Notes: generated by a model from the letters alone, not told the origin. 64,000 nucleotides of DNA from Nageia nagi (GCA_050084985.1 JBITNC010000001.1:89404001-89468000); one strand, 5' to 3'; positions 24,501 to 39,500 are shown, counted from the first letter of the stretch. Numbers and translations: made by a program.

Positions 24501-27500
24501 TTTGGGGGAGTGTAAAAGCACTCATTAAAAATGATGCACCCATGATCAAAAGGTCAGTTTAAAAGGGAAAATTGTCTAAGTTTCAAAACACCAAAAGAGA
24601 CCAAAGTGCATGAATTTTGAGGGGTGGAAAATGACTCACTCAAAAAGTTGCATCCCCCATTTCTGTTACATACATTGGACTTCATTTTTGACCAATCTGA
24701 AAGTGACATGTGGCAAGGTCCAAAATCTATAAATAGAAAGTCATCCCATGCATTTCATTACTCCATTTTCATTTTTTGAAGGCTCCCATGTCGCACCATT
24801 TCTAGGCATTAAGAAAGGACTACCCAAAAACAATGCACCCACGAGGAATAAGGGTTTTGAGGATAGTTGACATCATTTTAAGCCATTTTCTTTGGTAAGG
24901 AGAGGGTAAGCTCGATCAAGCAAAGCATTTTTAGAATATTACTTCATTTTTTTCCTGCATGCTTACCTAACTAACCTATGCACATGATTTCTGCATAGTT
25001 AAAAAGGATTCATCCAAAATGATGTGCCCAGGTCTAGAGTGAGAAAATTGACCAAGTATCAAAGTCTCAGGTGCATTCCATTCCCTTTTTGTTTTTCCTT
25101 CATGCATGGTAATTGATGAAAAATTAGGGCACAAGGTTTTTGTGTAGTGAAAAGGAATTCATGTAAATTGTTGCACCCTCATATGGAGTGATGATCTAGC
25201 AATTCAAAGCGAGAAATTTATTCAAGTAAGGATGAATGTTGACTGAAATGATGTGTTCCTCTAGCAAGTATCCAGGTGCATGGGTTTTTGGCAGTGAAAA
25301 AGCACTCTTCCAAATTGGTGCACCTCAGAGAAACTGATCTAAAATTTGACTAAGTGGTGAATAGCCAAGAGTGAAAATACAAAGTGAACAAGTGGCACCC
25401 ATGCAGTGCACCAAGCATTCACACTCCATGCAGCCTTTATAAAAGGGGATTTTCAATCCATTTTCTGTAGGATGTTTCAGCTGTCCTAGCCTGTACGTTT
25501 GGGCAATCCCTACTACCCCAGGACACATCCAAGATAGTGCACCCATCAAAATTTGACCTTCTTTCAGCCATTTTGCCATAATTTAGACCTATTCTCATTT
25601 ATTTTTTAAAATACACTTGTTGACTCAATATGAGTTCCAGGGCAAAGTCTACCCCATTTAAGTCCAAAAAGCTCTAGAACAGCTGCTTGAGAGGCATGTG
25701 ACAGAAGATCGGAAAGGCTTCTCAGAGAAAGCTAGATAGAATTCCAAGAAAGAGGGAAACCATAGCTCCTTGAATCCAAATTCAAAGGGAGTTTCACATT
25801 TTTCGGTGACATTGATTGGGGTAACATTGATCTTATTCAGACCATTGCATCCACCGCTGATATTAGCGAGAAAGATTTGCAAGATGAAATTATCCACTCC
25901 TGTGTGTTGTTTAATGCTACCATGATGCCATTTGCTATTGCTTTTCTTGATTTGTGTTACAAAGTGGCCAAGCATTGTAAACTAGACAAGAGAAATCTTT
26001 TGGATACCGAGGGAAATGTAATCATGGACTTCACTCTAGCAGGGATTGGAGCTTCTTTCGGGTGGAGAAGATATGAAGATGAATATACTGAAGCCTTATC
26101 TGTGGAGTTCCATGACAACACTACTAAGCTAGGAGACTACATAAGACATTGGTTGTATGATGATTATCAAGGCATTCAAGGCCAAAGATTAGTTAGTTCT
26201 TGTAGGGTAGAATTCATCCCCATGGTGTCTAAGTTGATTACTCTACTATCTCGGGTCACTGGACAAGAAAAGGATGGCAAGTACAAGGAGTTTATTGGCG
26301 TCATTTCCATGAGGGCTATACGATGGAGCAAAATAATAAGTGATGCTTTGTGCCACCAATTAGCTTATTTGGGTTCATCCAAAAAATTCTACATGAATTC
26401 ATACTTGGTGTATTTATTGTTATGTGGCAAATGCAGATCTAGATCACATGTAGATGAAAGGCAGTTGGAGAAGAAAGGCACCCCAGTGTGGAATGTCCAT
26501 CCCAAGTGGTAGTATCGCAACAAGTTTAGACACTATTACATGAGAAATAATGAGTGGGAATATGCTATATGATGAGTAAAATAATGGTATTCCAAATTCC
26601 ACTAGCGTTTTCACTACCCTTCCCCTAGTGATCCTTTCACCTGTTATCGTGAAGGGACCAGTTAGCTTGTAGAGCTAGTACTTAAACACTCAGGGCAGAT
26701 TTAGTTTCCTCTCACTAGTCTTGGAAGACAATATCTGACTCCTTCATTTAGTTAATCAATCTGGGCGGTGTTCAAGGCTATATGCTATTGAACTCTATTC
26801 TCTCAGCTGTATCTACTTCAAGTAAACATTGCAAAAAGCAAATATGCAGAAAGGAAAGTTGCAGAATTGAAAGTACAGGAATCTTAAATGTTGAAAGAAA
26901 TATACACTTGAAATCATCACACTGAATGTAAACTCACACCTGAATTAAAAGAACAGTAAAATAAAAGAGTTTTCTAGCATTTGGAGTGGGCCCTTGCTCC
27001 TCTTGGTGGAAGACTTAGAAGAACTCAGAACTAGAAACTCTTAACAGATCACTCTATTATTGCATACAATTTGTCTTGCACAGAATGTGCTTGACAAATC
27101 TAATACAAAGTCTTATTCTCAACAATCTACACACAATCCTTCCTTAATCTTCTAACCTCCCCTACCGTCAACAACTGAGGTATAAATATCCTCAATTGTT
27201 TAACAATAGGCTGGCCAAGAATAACAATAATCTGAACAATATTCTATTATAGAAAACAAAATCACTTATTCTACCAGCTAGTTAATGCTAAAATTAACAT
27301 GCTAACAGTGCCCACATCTTATCTAAGGAGAGCTGCAATCTCTTAAGAAAAGGGTGGCTCATCTCAACGAGTCAGCACTATCCTATTTACATCATAAGTA
27401 GTTTATTATGCCTAATTTGGAGTCAAACATACTCCATAAAACAAGAATCATATCTGACTATATCTAATGTGTTGGAGCCATGCTTCTACAGACTATAACT

Positions 27501-30500
27501 GGAGCAGCTCACATCATGTAAATATCTGGATCATACAAGGCTGGAATAGAGTTGGCAATATGGTCAATAATGAAGGTCAATTTCTCAAATTTGGGTCTGG
27601 AGCGGAAGCTTCGGACGAGTCTGAAATAGAAGCTTCGGACAAGTCTGAATTAGAAGCTTCGGACGAGTCTAAAATAGAAGCTCTAGACAATCTAACTCTG
27701 CTTTACCAAATGAGGCGTCCGCTTCGAACAATGTATACAAGTGCAAAATCTGTTTAGAATACTTCCTAACAATACTTGCAACTCATTCGAGTTATCAACC
27801 AACATTCTGTGGAGCAAAGAGAAGCATTTTGGTTCAAACAAACACACAAAATAGAATCAGTATGCACAAAATACTAATATAAGGAAAGTATGCATTTAAC
27901 CATATAATAAGCAACTAAATAGTTCAACAATTACAATTAATCCGTCCCATAATGGCCAAATATACAAAATGAACCATCAAATTGTGCCAAAAATCATGTA
28001 ATTACTGATACTCATCACTCCCCCCAGCTTAAGACATTGCTACTCCTAGAGCAACAAAGGAAAAAGACAGCCTCAATCAGAATCATTGGAACTGTCGACA
28101 ACAATAACAACTAGTGGAGCATGAACTAGATGAGCCAAATCATAAGGTCCGGCAGCGAGCTACAGTCTTTGTCGGGTTCGAATGTCAATTGTGCCCTCTT
28201 TAACCTGTGGAACACTTGCCCCCCCACCATGGTGTCAGATGAGTCGAGACTTCCATGTTTTGAATGCTGCATTTGGTTGGGCTCATTTTCAATCACGTTA
28301 GGAACTAGAAATAGAATCAATGGAGGACGAAATTGACTCCCCACCCAATTGTCAGGATCTGTTTCTAACAGAGTGATAAGAGAGAGCTCGTCGTCTGCTC
28401 CAATATAAATTACTAGGTGTAAAAACTTCACGTATATGGATTTCATAAGGAAAACCCATCCAGCGTGTGTTACAACACACCACAGCTTCATCAAACATGG
28501 CGTGAAGAGTTTCGCGACATTCTTGTTCACAATGTGATGTTGCCGCCTGATATTGTGCTCTAATAGGGCCTTGTAAAAGAAGTGTGTGCAATGCAGCCTA
28601 AAATCGTTGGGGAAAATATGCTTCAATCCTCATTGGAAAGATGTCACCCTCTTGACTGTTCTGAAATTGAGCTATTTCTTTCCTCCACTAAATATGATTT
28701 AACAGAGCAAAAATCCGTAGCTAGACTTCTCCCACATACAAATTTACAAAGAACCCCTGATCAGACGGAACAAAGAAACCATGAATAAAACACTCACACA
28801 TTAAGAAGTGTTGCTCATCCGAAGCAATAGAATATTCTTGAAGAAATTGTTGGGGAGTGTCTAAACGATAAAGTCGCCCTTTCTTAGTCTGTGACAATTG
28901 CCATCTGTAAAAGAGTTCTTTCAAATACACTGTGTAAACTGATAAAGGTGAGCGTAGTTGCAGAATTTCCTCAAAGATTGAGGAAACATCCTGGACAATT
29001 TGCCTTGGAACAGAAGAGTTTTGGGAGAGTGCAGCAACTCGGCTCTGAGATTCTTCATATTTATCTTGTAAATTCTGATGCTCTACCACCAACTGTTCAT
29101 GCATAATGTTGAAATCAGAAAACACATACTGTTCCTACACCACCTGATGTCTCAGCTCTTCAATTTCATCTCGCAATCTAGCAGTGGAAGCTTTCTCCTC
29201 TGTCAAAGCAGTCATCCAATCAAAATTCTGCTGAATTCTCTCCTTAAGGGCTAACTGTTTAGACGTTATGTGCTTGATCATTGCATGGAGTGTCTGAGTG
29301 CCCATTTGTCGTCGTCGTAATGTATCATTAGCTGCGACCAACTCTTTATTTTTTTTGTTCTGTCTCATCATGTTGGGCACGTAGAATCTGATTTTCGTGC
29401 TCTAGACGTTTGGTTTTTCCTTCTAGCTCTTGAACACGAGTTAATAACAGTCCATATGACACATCTGGAGTAATGGAGGAATTGGCAGTCTCAAAATTAG
29501 GTTGCAAACATGTAGAATCTTGCGGTGGTGTAGAACAAATTGACGTAGTCACAGGAATTGTGGAATCAATGCGTGGTCTCTTCCTAGAAGGTCTAGCGGA
29601 AGACTATGCATGTAGTTCACAGGTGGAAGGCTTAATTTGGATGTGAGCTGTTGGAACTACCTCTACCAGATTTATGCCAAATTTATGCCAAATGTAGGTA
29701 CTATATCCGGTTCAGCAGCCTCGTCCTTACCTTTTAAAAATGCTTGCCAGGCTTCTTCACCGCTAATGTGAAGAAAATACTCCCGACAAATCAAAGTGAT
29801 AAGTCCATGGTGTTTTAAGGGAGAAGTTTGGTTCGACTTGCGTCACTTAGCAGCCATGGATTGAATTCTGTCAAACAAATGCTAAGGAATATTATAGTTA
29901 TACTCACCTGGATATCGTAACTAAACCAATAGCTGCATTTGATGCCCTTGCAGTGTTGCATATTGGGCCTCATAGAAGAAATACTTTAGCACCCAGGTGG
30001 CAACCTCACTCCAGGGCTCGGGCAGAGACGTCCGGTTAATTCCTCGATCTCGTGGAAGGCGTCGAGAACATCATTAGGCGATTCTTTTCCAGATGTCAAC
30101 TCTTCACCTTCAACAGGAATACCAGAGATGGTGCTAATTATCTCAGGAGAGACTAGAATGGTGTGCCCTCGAAGAGTGACAAAGTTTTCTTTTAATTCGA
30201 TTGCAAACTGCTGCACCAACCAAAGCTCATAGCCCTGAAACTTGTCGAAAAATTGGAGCTACTGGGCGGTGGCAAATATTTCTGACACCTGGGGACAGCC
30301 AGTGGTCTGGAAGTTTTTGGCTGAATTTCAAGTGTGGCAAGGTGGCGAACAACACTTATGGCACATTTGTTACTTGGACATACAAATTCGAATAATTTAT
30401 AATAGTTAAACTACTAATTACCCAAGTAATGGTGAAATGACATACCATTTAATGGCGGATGGTGGTGGAGCGCGAAGATGGACTTTGGTATGTGTGGAGG

Positions 30501-33500
30501 TGATGAAGTGACATACTGATGATTGCGTACATGATATTTTGAAGCGTCGATCTCTTCCTATGAATCATATGTCACGTGAAAGACACTTGACATGTGTTAG
30601 GCATTGTGAAGGGAAAAGGTGGCACTGTCTTATTCATGGCATCGAAAAGTGTGACAACCAGCTCTTGAATCATGTGCCATGGAGTGGTGGGTGTGAACAT
30701 GTGGATATGTGGACGTACCTTATTTGCCAAGTTGTCACATGGTTTGGTTGTTATGTTGCGCTCCCAACGGGTGACGTTACGTTGTAATTGAAATCTCGTC
30801 TGGCGCATTGTACGAAGGTTGTGGCGTGGAAATTGATAGCTCTTGACAACATGTTCGGAGAAACGTCGTTCAAAGCTACAATCACAACACTTGTGCAAGA
30901 TTCATGCCAACTTTTGAAACTATAATAGTTCCTGCTGAAATGAGAATCCTGCACTTGACCTTATGTTATTATTATTATTATTATATATTTTTTTTACTAT
31001 ATATATAATAATTTTTTCTCCTTTTAAAAAAAAAAAAACTGACTAAAGCTCCTTGTGTTTTCAGTGTTGGTGGTTTTCACCCGGCAAGTGCCAGTTTCCT
31101 GGTTTTCACTTACTGACTACCACGTTCACTGGAATCATTTATTTATAAGATTGATCAATGGAATTAAACCATACCCAAGGAGGAAGAGGCTTCCCCAGAT
31201 ATATCAGGATCTGCTATCCTTATCTGTTGTGTGAATTGCTCCTTCGTTACTAGTATAGTATATGGGCGGAGGCGATGTCCATTAACCAGGAGAATCCTCT
31301 GAGAGTCGTTAATTGGTTGCAACTGGACCGAACCATTAGGGAATATTTGAAAAATCTTATATGGCCCCAACCATCGTGTCTGGAGCTTCCTTATGAAATC
31401 ATTATAGTTGGAATCAAATAATAAAGCCCATTCTCCTACCCAAAACTAGTTCTGTTTCAGATTTTTGTCATGCCATAGCTTTCGTTGATGTTGAATGATC
31501 TCAGTATTATGCAATGCCTCCATTCTTATTTCATCCAGCTCATTTAGCTGTAGTAGTCTATTTTTTTGTATTTCTTTTATGTCCATCCCAACCTCTAAAG
31601 TTGTTCTTAGTGTCTGGAGCTCAAATTCTATTGGCAATAAAGGCTTCTTACCAAATATTAACTCATATGGAGTAAACCTAGTGGTGGATTTCCACATAGT
31701 ATTGTATGCCCAGACTGCTTCAGGAAGCTTGGATACCCAATCCCTTCTGTGTGAAGCTACTGTCTTGGTCAATATATTTTCCAGCTCTTTGTTAGTAACT
31801 TCAACTTGTTTATTCGTCTGTGGATGATAAGGCAAAGCCTTCTTATGTCGGATCTGGTACTGGTTCACAAAAATGTTGAATTGTTTTTGACATGAACTGT
31901 TGACCTTGATCAGAAACCGAAAACCGAGGAGCTCCAAATCTTTGCATAATGTTATTATACAAGAAATCTACCACATATTCTTCCTTGGCATGTGCTAAGG
32001 CTACTACTTCTACCCACTTAGTGGCATAATCAGTACATACTAGTATGTGTTTCTTACCTTGAGATGGAGGAATAATAGGCCCGACAAAGTTGATGCCCCA
32101 TTGCTCAAATGGTTCAAGCATCCATTGTGGCTGTAATGGCATTTGAGTAGTAGCAGTAGGCCTACCCATTCGTTGACATTGATCACATTGCCTCACATAT
32201 TTTCTAATGTCTGTGTGCATAGAAGGCCAAAAATAACTAGCTCCTAGGACTTTATGGATGGCTTGTTTATTAGAATAATGACCTCCTGAAGGCCAATCAT
32301 GGCATGCACGGATGATTCAAATACTTCGTTTGTCCGAAGACATCTTCGGAGTGCATGATCAGGTCCATATTTGAACAGCAACCAATCCAACCACTTATAT
32401 GATGCAATTTGTCTAATTAATTGTTTCCTCTGATTTGGAGACAAATGTGGAGGAAGTTTCCCAGTGGCTAAATAATTGGCAATATCTGCAAACCAGGGAG
32501 ACTGTGCAGATATTGCAAAAAGTTGTTCATCTGGAAAGGTATCTTCCATCATCTCATCTTCCCGGACAATATTCAATCTGGATAAGAAATCTGCGACCAC
32601 ATTTGCCTTTCCAGGCTTATCAATGATAGTCACATTAAACTCTTGTAATAACAGCAACCATCTCACAACTCTTCCACTTACCACAGGTTTATTCATGAGA
32701 TATTTAATGGTAGCATTGCCAGTATGAACAAACACTTGGTATCCTATGATATAGTGTCTAAATTTATTGATGGCATACACTACTGCTAGGAATTCTTTCT
32801 CTGTAGTAGTATAATTTCTTTCAGCTCCCACCAAATTTTTACTTATGTAATAAATAGCATATGGGGCCTCGGTTCTTCTTGTCCTAGGATTGCTCCAATA
32901 GCATAATTTGAGGCATCCATATGAATGTGGAATGGTAGTTCCCAATTGGGACCTCTCAACATAGGAGTTGTGGTGAGTTTTTCCTTGATAGTCTGAAAAG
33001 CTTCTTCACAATCAGCTGTCCATTCAAATTCATTGTCCTTATGCAGCAGGGCAAATAATGAGGCTGCTGTTTTACTGAAATTTTCTATAAATCTTTTGTA
33101 GTATCCAACATGTCCCAAGAAGCTCCGGACATCTATTTGAGTCTCAGGTTGAGGGAATTGTTTGATGACTTCTATTTTCTTGGGATCCACCTGAATCCTG
33201 TGGGCTGAAATATGATGGCCCAAAACTATTCCCTCCTTTACAAGTATGAAGCATTTTTCATGGCTTAAGGATAGATTATGCATTTTACATCTCACCAAGA
33301 CTTTTTCTAAGTTCTTCAATGCATCTCCAAAAGTGTTGCCATACATCGTGAAGTCATCCATGTACACTTCAACGCAATCATTAGTCAAATTTGAAAAGAT
33401 TGCTAGTACAACTCTTTGGAAAGTTGCTGGTGCATTGCACAAGCCAAATGGAAGAACTTTATAAGCATATGTACCCCATGTACAAGTAAACGTGGTCTTG

Positions 33501-36500
33501 CCCTGATCTTCCTCTGCAATTTGTATTTGGTTATAGCCACTAAATCCATCTAGGAAGGAGAAATATTGCTTACCAGACAAAGTGTCTAACACTTGGTCAA
33601 TGAAAGGTAATGGGAAGTGGTCCTTGAATGTAGCTTTATTGAGAGCTTTGTAGTCAACACATACCCTCCATTTGCCATTTTTCTTAGGCACAATCACCAA
33701 TGGTGAGACCCATTGACTATCTAAGATAGGATAGATGAATTTAGCTTTCAATAGCTTTTCAATTTCAATCTTAACAACTTCTTTAAGTGCAAGATTTACC
33801 TGTCTAGGAGGTTGCTGGACTGGTTTGGTTTCATCCGTATATATATGATGGGTACAAATCTTTGGATGAATACCTTTCATGTCTGAATATTCCAGGCGAA
33901 AGCCTCAGTATGGGTTGTCAAGATATCAAAAAGCTTCTTCTCTTGTTCATCTGTCAACCAACTGCTGATATTAAGAGTCTTTCCTGGTAATACTTCAACA
34001 GTCTTGATCCCAGGTTTGGTCAGATTACTTTGTTTTGGAAGCTGAACCAGGGAATTCAAAGGACAAGAGTGTGGAAATAAAGAATGGAATACTCTTGTTC
34101 TTTCCTTGAAAGTATCCCCTTTTGGAATAATGTGAGTAAGGGGGCATTTGAACATTGCCAAAAATGTTGCCTGATTTTCTGATGGAACATTGAAAATAAT
34201 GTTTAGTAGTGGGTTAACCACTGTATTTCCCTTCTCTTCATCACTGCCCTCTGATTCTTCTTCCTGTGGTTTCGGATAGTGGTACTGTATTTGTTTCAAA
34301 CTAGGATATTCTTTTATCTCTTCAACATGGTTCTTGATGGTAATGGTTGCTAATGTTGCAAAAGTCTCATGTGCATCCGTGTCAAGCTCATCAACCTATA
34401 TTTGGTTGTGATATTCCAACGTTGGTTGGGAAGGTGGGTACAAAGAAAGTGTCTTTGTGTTTAGGCCATTAGAAATGGTCATATCTCCAGACCTACAGTT
34501 GATGTATGCAGTTGCAGTGGCTAACCAAGGTCTTCCTAGTATGACTGAATATCCAGATGGTTGTGCTCTTGTCTTTAGAAACAAAAAATCTACTGGATAG
34601 CTCTAGGAATCTACTGTTAGTTGGACATCTTCCACGATTCCGTCTGGCTTGGCCACTATTCGGTCTGCCATTTGCAACATAGTTGAAGTGGGTTGTATAT
34701 TTGACAGGAATTGCTTTTGAGACATATCCAGAGTCGTGACATTTATTGCTGCTCCCAAGTCAACCAAAACATTGGGCACTTTAGTGACTCCTATGAAAAT
34801 GGTAATAACAGGATTACCTGGATCGCCATACTTAGGAATTACCAAATTTTCGGCCTAAAGATCAGCTACTTTACCATCTACTTTAATAGTCTTTGGATAG
34901 ACCTTTCTTCTTCCTCCCTTTTGGATGCATAGTTCTTTAACCAGCTTGTTTAGCTCAGAAACTTGTTTGATTGCTTGTAATACAGGTATCGAGATATTCA
35001 ATTTCCTTATCTCTTGCAGCAGTTCTGATTCAGTTTCTTGGGGTTTTTCAATCAGTCTTTTTGGATATGGAGTAACTTTTGTTTGGAGCTCCTTGTTGTT
35101 TGCAGGTAGAATTGTTTTTGTTGGTGGCTTTTGATTGTCTTCTGTGTGTTCTCCTGGAGATTCATTTGAGCTGTCCACCTTTACTTCTATGATGACAGGA
35201 GGTACAGGATCTGGCCATTTCTTACCAGATCGAAGTTCAATTTCATTGCATTGGATAACATTTACTGATGCAGTCTCCTTGATCAATTTGATAGGTAGGA
35301 GCTGGAGCTTGCCTGTTATTATTTGGGTTAGGAACAGGTTGGGCTGGAAGAGTAGGTTGCTTTGGAGGTTGTTGCTGTTGATTCATTTGCTGTTGTTGGT
35401 TAAATGGTGGTGGTAGCAAACCTTGCCTTCACTGTCCTTGTACTAGATGATTACTCCAGTTTTGCTGATTTTGTCCTCCATATTGTTGCCATTGTGGATT
35501 CCATTGTGAAGGATCTCATCCATAACCTTCCTAATCTTGAGTTACCATCCATGGGGATATGGTAGCATGCTCCACCAATTTTGATTCGTTGGTCTAGAAA
35601 AATAGCGATTTGGATTCCCTTGGAAATTACTATTTCCCCTAGGTCCCATTGCTCCCATATAGTTCATGTTCATGTTTGGAGCTGCTATAGACATTTGTGC
35701 TATCGTTAGATAGTCACAATCATTTGTTGGATGGTCATTATTGCATAGGTTGCATATATGGGTAGTGTTCAGAGGACATTCATGTAGAGCATGTTTCTTT
35801 CGGCACCTAGGAGAGTATCTTGTTGAAAACTCATTTGTGGTCTCCTTTTTCGAATTCGTAGTTTGAAGAGAATCCTGGACCTCATTCAGTTTATTTGCTG
35901 TTCCCTTCAATTGACTTAATTCAAACAAAACATTAGTCTTGAAGTTTGCAAATTCCTCTTTAATTTCACTTGCCAATCCAGTCTCTACCCAACCATCATT
36001 TTGAAACCTGTCACTTCTCTTATGTGTTCTGGTTCTTGAATAGTTTCTGTAGAGTTCCACAATTTCATCAAGAGTTAACCTATTGACATTACCCTTTCCC
36101 ATCAGATTGAGGACTTCTAATGTGGAATCCAGAAGCCCTCTTAAAAAGATAGTTTTGGAGAATTCGAGATCCATGGTTGTGTCAACTCTTTTATGAACAA
36201 ATAAGAATCTGTCAAGGTAATTTTCAAGGCTTTCTGATGCTGCATGACTGAGTTGAAATAGTTCATCTTTCCTATCTTTGACTCGATAGTATTCTTGGTA
36301 TTTTTCTAGAAAAGCTTTCTCCATTTCATCCCAAGTGGAGATGGAATCTGGAGGAAGTCCCATGAACCACCTCATTGCATTGTCCTTTAGAGTGGATGGA
36401 AAAAGTTTAATTTTTGTTCATCCATCTCATAGTCATAAGTTCTGCACAGTATCTTGAATTCAAATAGAAACTGATCTGGATCCTTATTGGAAAGACCTCG

Positions 36501-39500
36501 AAAGCTAGGTAAGATTGACGGTGAAATGTTCTTCATAGGAGCTTGAGTCCTTATGGCGAGCCTTATGGAATAAGTGAATGTTTGAGTAGAGGGATTAGTA
36601 CCTCCCACTCCAAAACCACCACTTCCTCTAGACATATTGACAAATGGATTAGTATATATCTTCTTTATTTGCTCAAACTCTCGTAATCTCCCCTTGCTGT
36701 AATAAATATGGAAGGGTATCTTGGCTTCTTCTTTTTCTGCTTCATAATCAATTCAACTGGAAAGAGGATGAATATGAATAACGGGTAATAGTAAAGATGT
36801 ATTGGAGAAATGGATGGATGGATGAAGAGTAGTAGTGATTGTATCTGGAGCAGGCTCAACTGTCTCTGTTTGGAGAGTTAAGTTTGCAAACCAAATTGGA
36901 AATGGAGGGGATTTATCAGTAAATCTTTTATATTGCTTAGGTGGATATGAGAATCTCAGAAATGGTGGTGATGATGGACTAATGAAAATTGTCTCTTCTG
37001 CAACGACTGGGTGCTCATTTTGGAGTATGGTTTGCCTCCTCTTCCAAAATTGTTGGATCAATTTCTTTCAATTCTTCCACAGGTCTAGGCTTTGGCCTAG
37101 TTTCTTCTGGTTGCTCCACTTGATGTTCTTCAACAACTATACTGCTTCCCTTTTCTTCCACAACCTTTTTTGAAATCAACTTTTTAGTTTTGGGGGATTT
37201 TTGTTGTGTTTTTTGGACTGATTTTCCTACAGCTACTTTCTTACTACCGTCTTCTTTACTACTGACAAATCTTCTTTTATCATCTCTTGATCTATTCATA
37301 CATTCTCCAGCAAATAAGCACACAAATCTATCACAACTTAGACAACAATTCGCTGCAATTTCTTAATATAGGTTATTGGGGCCACTCATTTTGTGAAGAA
37401 TTGAGGAACCAAGATGGCACCTGATTTCAAATTGGCTCTGTCAAGTCCTCTATCCTTAAGAAGTGCAGGGATAGTTCAATTAACATCGTTCCCTGACAAC
37501 GGTGCCAAAAATGATGAGTAAAATAATGGTATTCCAAATTCCTCCAGGGCTGTCACTACCCTTCCCCTAGTGATCCTTTCACCTGTTATCGTGAAGGGAT
37601 TAGTTAGCTCGTAGAGCTGGTACTCCAACACTCAGGGCAGATTTAGTTTCCTCTCACTAGTCTTGGAAGACAATATTTGACTCCTTCATTTAGTTAATCA
37701 ATCCGGGTGGTGTTCAAGGCTATATGTTATTGAACTCTATTCTCTCAACTGTATCTATTTCAAGTAAACATTGCAGAAAGCAAATATGCAGAATGGAAAG
37801 TTGCAGAATTGAAAGTATAGGAATTTTAAATGCTGAAAGAAATATATACTTGAAATCATCACATTGAATGTAAACTCACACCTGAATTAAAAGAACAGTA
37901 AAATAAAAGTCTTCTACCATTTGGAGTGGGCCTTTGCTCCTCTTGGTGGAAGACTTAGAAGAACTCAGAACTAGAAACTCTTAACAGATCACTTTATTAT
38001 TGCATACAATTTGTCTTGCACAGAATGTGCTTGACAAATCTAATACAAAGTTTTATTCTCAACAGTCTACACACAATACGTCCTTAATCTTCTAACCCCC
38101 CCTACCGTCAAGAACTGAGGTATAAATATCCTCAGTTGTTTAACAATAAGCTGGCTAAGAATAACAATAATCTGAACAATATTCTGTTATAGAAAACATA
38201 ATCACTTATTCAACCAGCTAGCTAATGCTAAAATTAACATGCTAACAGTGCCCACGTCTTATCTAAGGAGAGTTGCAATCCCTTAAGAAAAGGGTGGCTC
38301 ATCTCAACGAGTCAGCACTATCCTATTTACATCATAAGTAGTTTATTATGTCTAATTTGGAGTCAAACATACTCCATAAAACAAGAATCATATCTGACTA
38401 CATCTAATGTGTTGGAGCCATGCTTCTACAGACTATATCTGGAGCAGCTCACATCACGTAAATATCTGGATCATACAAGGCTGGAATAGAGCTGGCAATA
38501 TAGGCAATATAGTCAATAATGAAGGTCAATTTCTTAAATTTGGGTCTGGAGTGGAAGCTCCGGATGAGTCTGAAGTAGAAGCTTCGGACAAGTCTGAAAT
38601 AGAAGCTCTGGACAAGTCTGGAATAGAAGCTCCAGACAATATAACTCTGCTTTATCAAATGAGGCGTCCAATGTGTCCGAGCTCTAGACAATGTATACAA
38701 GTGCAGAATTTGTTCAGAATACTTCTTAACAATACTTGCAACTCATCCAAGTTATCAACCATCATTCCGTAGAGCAAAGAGAAGCATTTTGGTTCAAACA
38801 AACGCACAAAATAGATCAGTATGCACAAAATACTAATATAAGGAGGGTATACATTTAACCATATATTAAGCAACTAAATAGTAAAACAGTTACAATTAAT
38901 CTGTCCCATAATGTCCGAATATACAAAATGAACCATCAAATTGTGCCAAAAACTAGGTAATTACTGAGACTCATCACTATATACAATGAAATCAAGGGAG
39001 AGTTTGCAGTCAAAAGGATTTCTGATGCAACCATCCAAGCTTGGGTACACAGATTTGTACCTACAGTACATTGATCACACGTACATAAGAGTTTATGGCT
39101 CTAAAGAGCAAACTCTTCTTTTACGTAGATAATGCTAGCGATCGACTAGTCCTCATGGAATTTGCCAGGCAATTGTTATTCTTGAAGGGAAAGGTTTGGA
39201 GAAAGAAGGATGCAACGATTAACCTGCCCATCACTATTTCAGGTTACATTTTTCAGACTTGGGTTGAGGCCAAAAGTATGGGAAAGGAGTTGCTACAATA
39301 TGTTTTCTATAAGGAGAAAAAGCTAGATTTTTTGATCCTAGAGGTGTTATAGCCAATTTCTATAACACTGCCTTCCCAAAGCTTATTGCATTTAAATACA
39401 GATCTTTGGGGAATGTAGAGAGATATAGGAACTTGAGAGATAAAAAGAAGATTAAGGATATTGATGCTCTTTTGAGCAAAAACAAGGCTCCTCTCAAGCT

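Larger units (their letters stand above)
26570..38976 (-). mobile_element. Structurally complete Ty3/gypsy LTR retrotransposon, Athila-like, 12.4 kb, coding region degenerate
   Basis: LTRs 26570..28017 and 37512..38976 (TGATGAGT...ACTCATCA); exact TSD CTATA; PBS; PPT; gag, protease (VDLGAAINV), RT (YMDD), RNase H (DASNYAIG), integrase with GPY motif in gypsy order. Confidence 0.96.

Noticed and set aside
27467-27757. ORF with EASDESEI repeats (also 38407..38772)
   Set aside because: Product of the 24-bp minisatellite read antisense to the element; no evidence of coding constraint.
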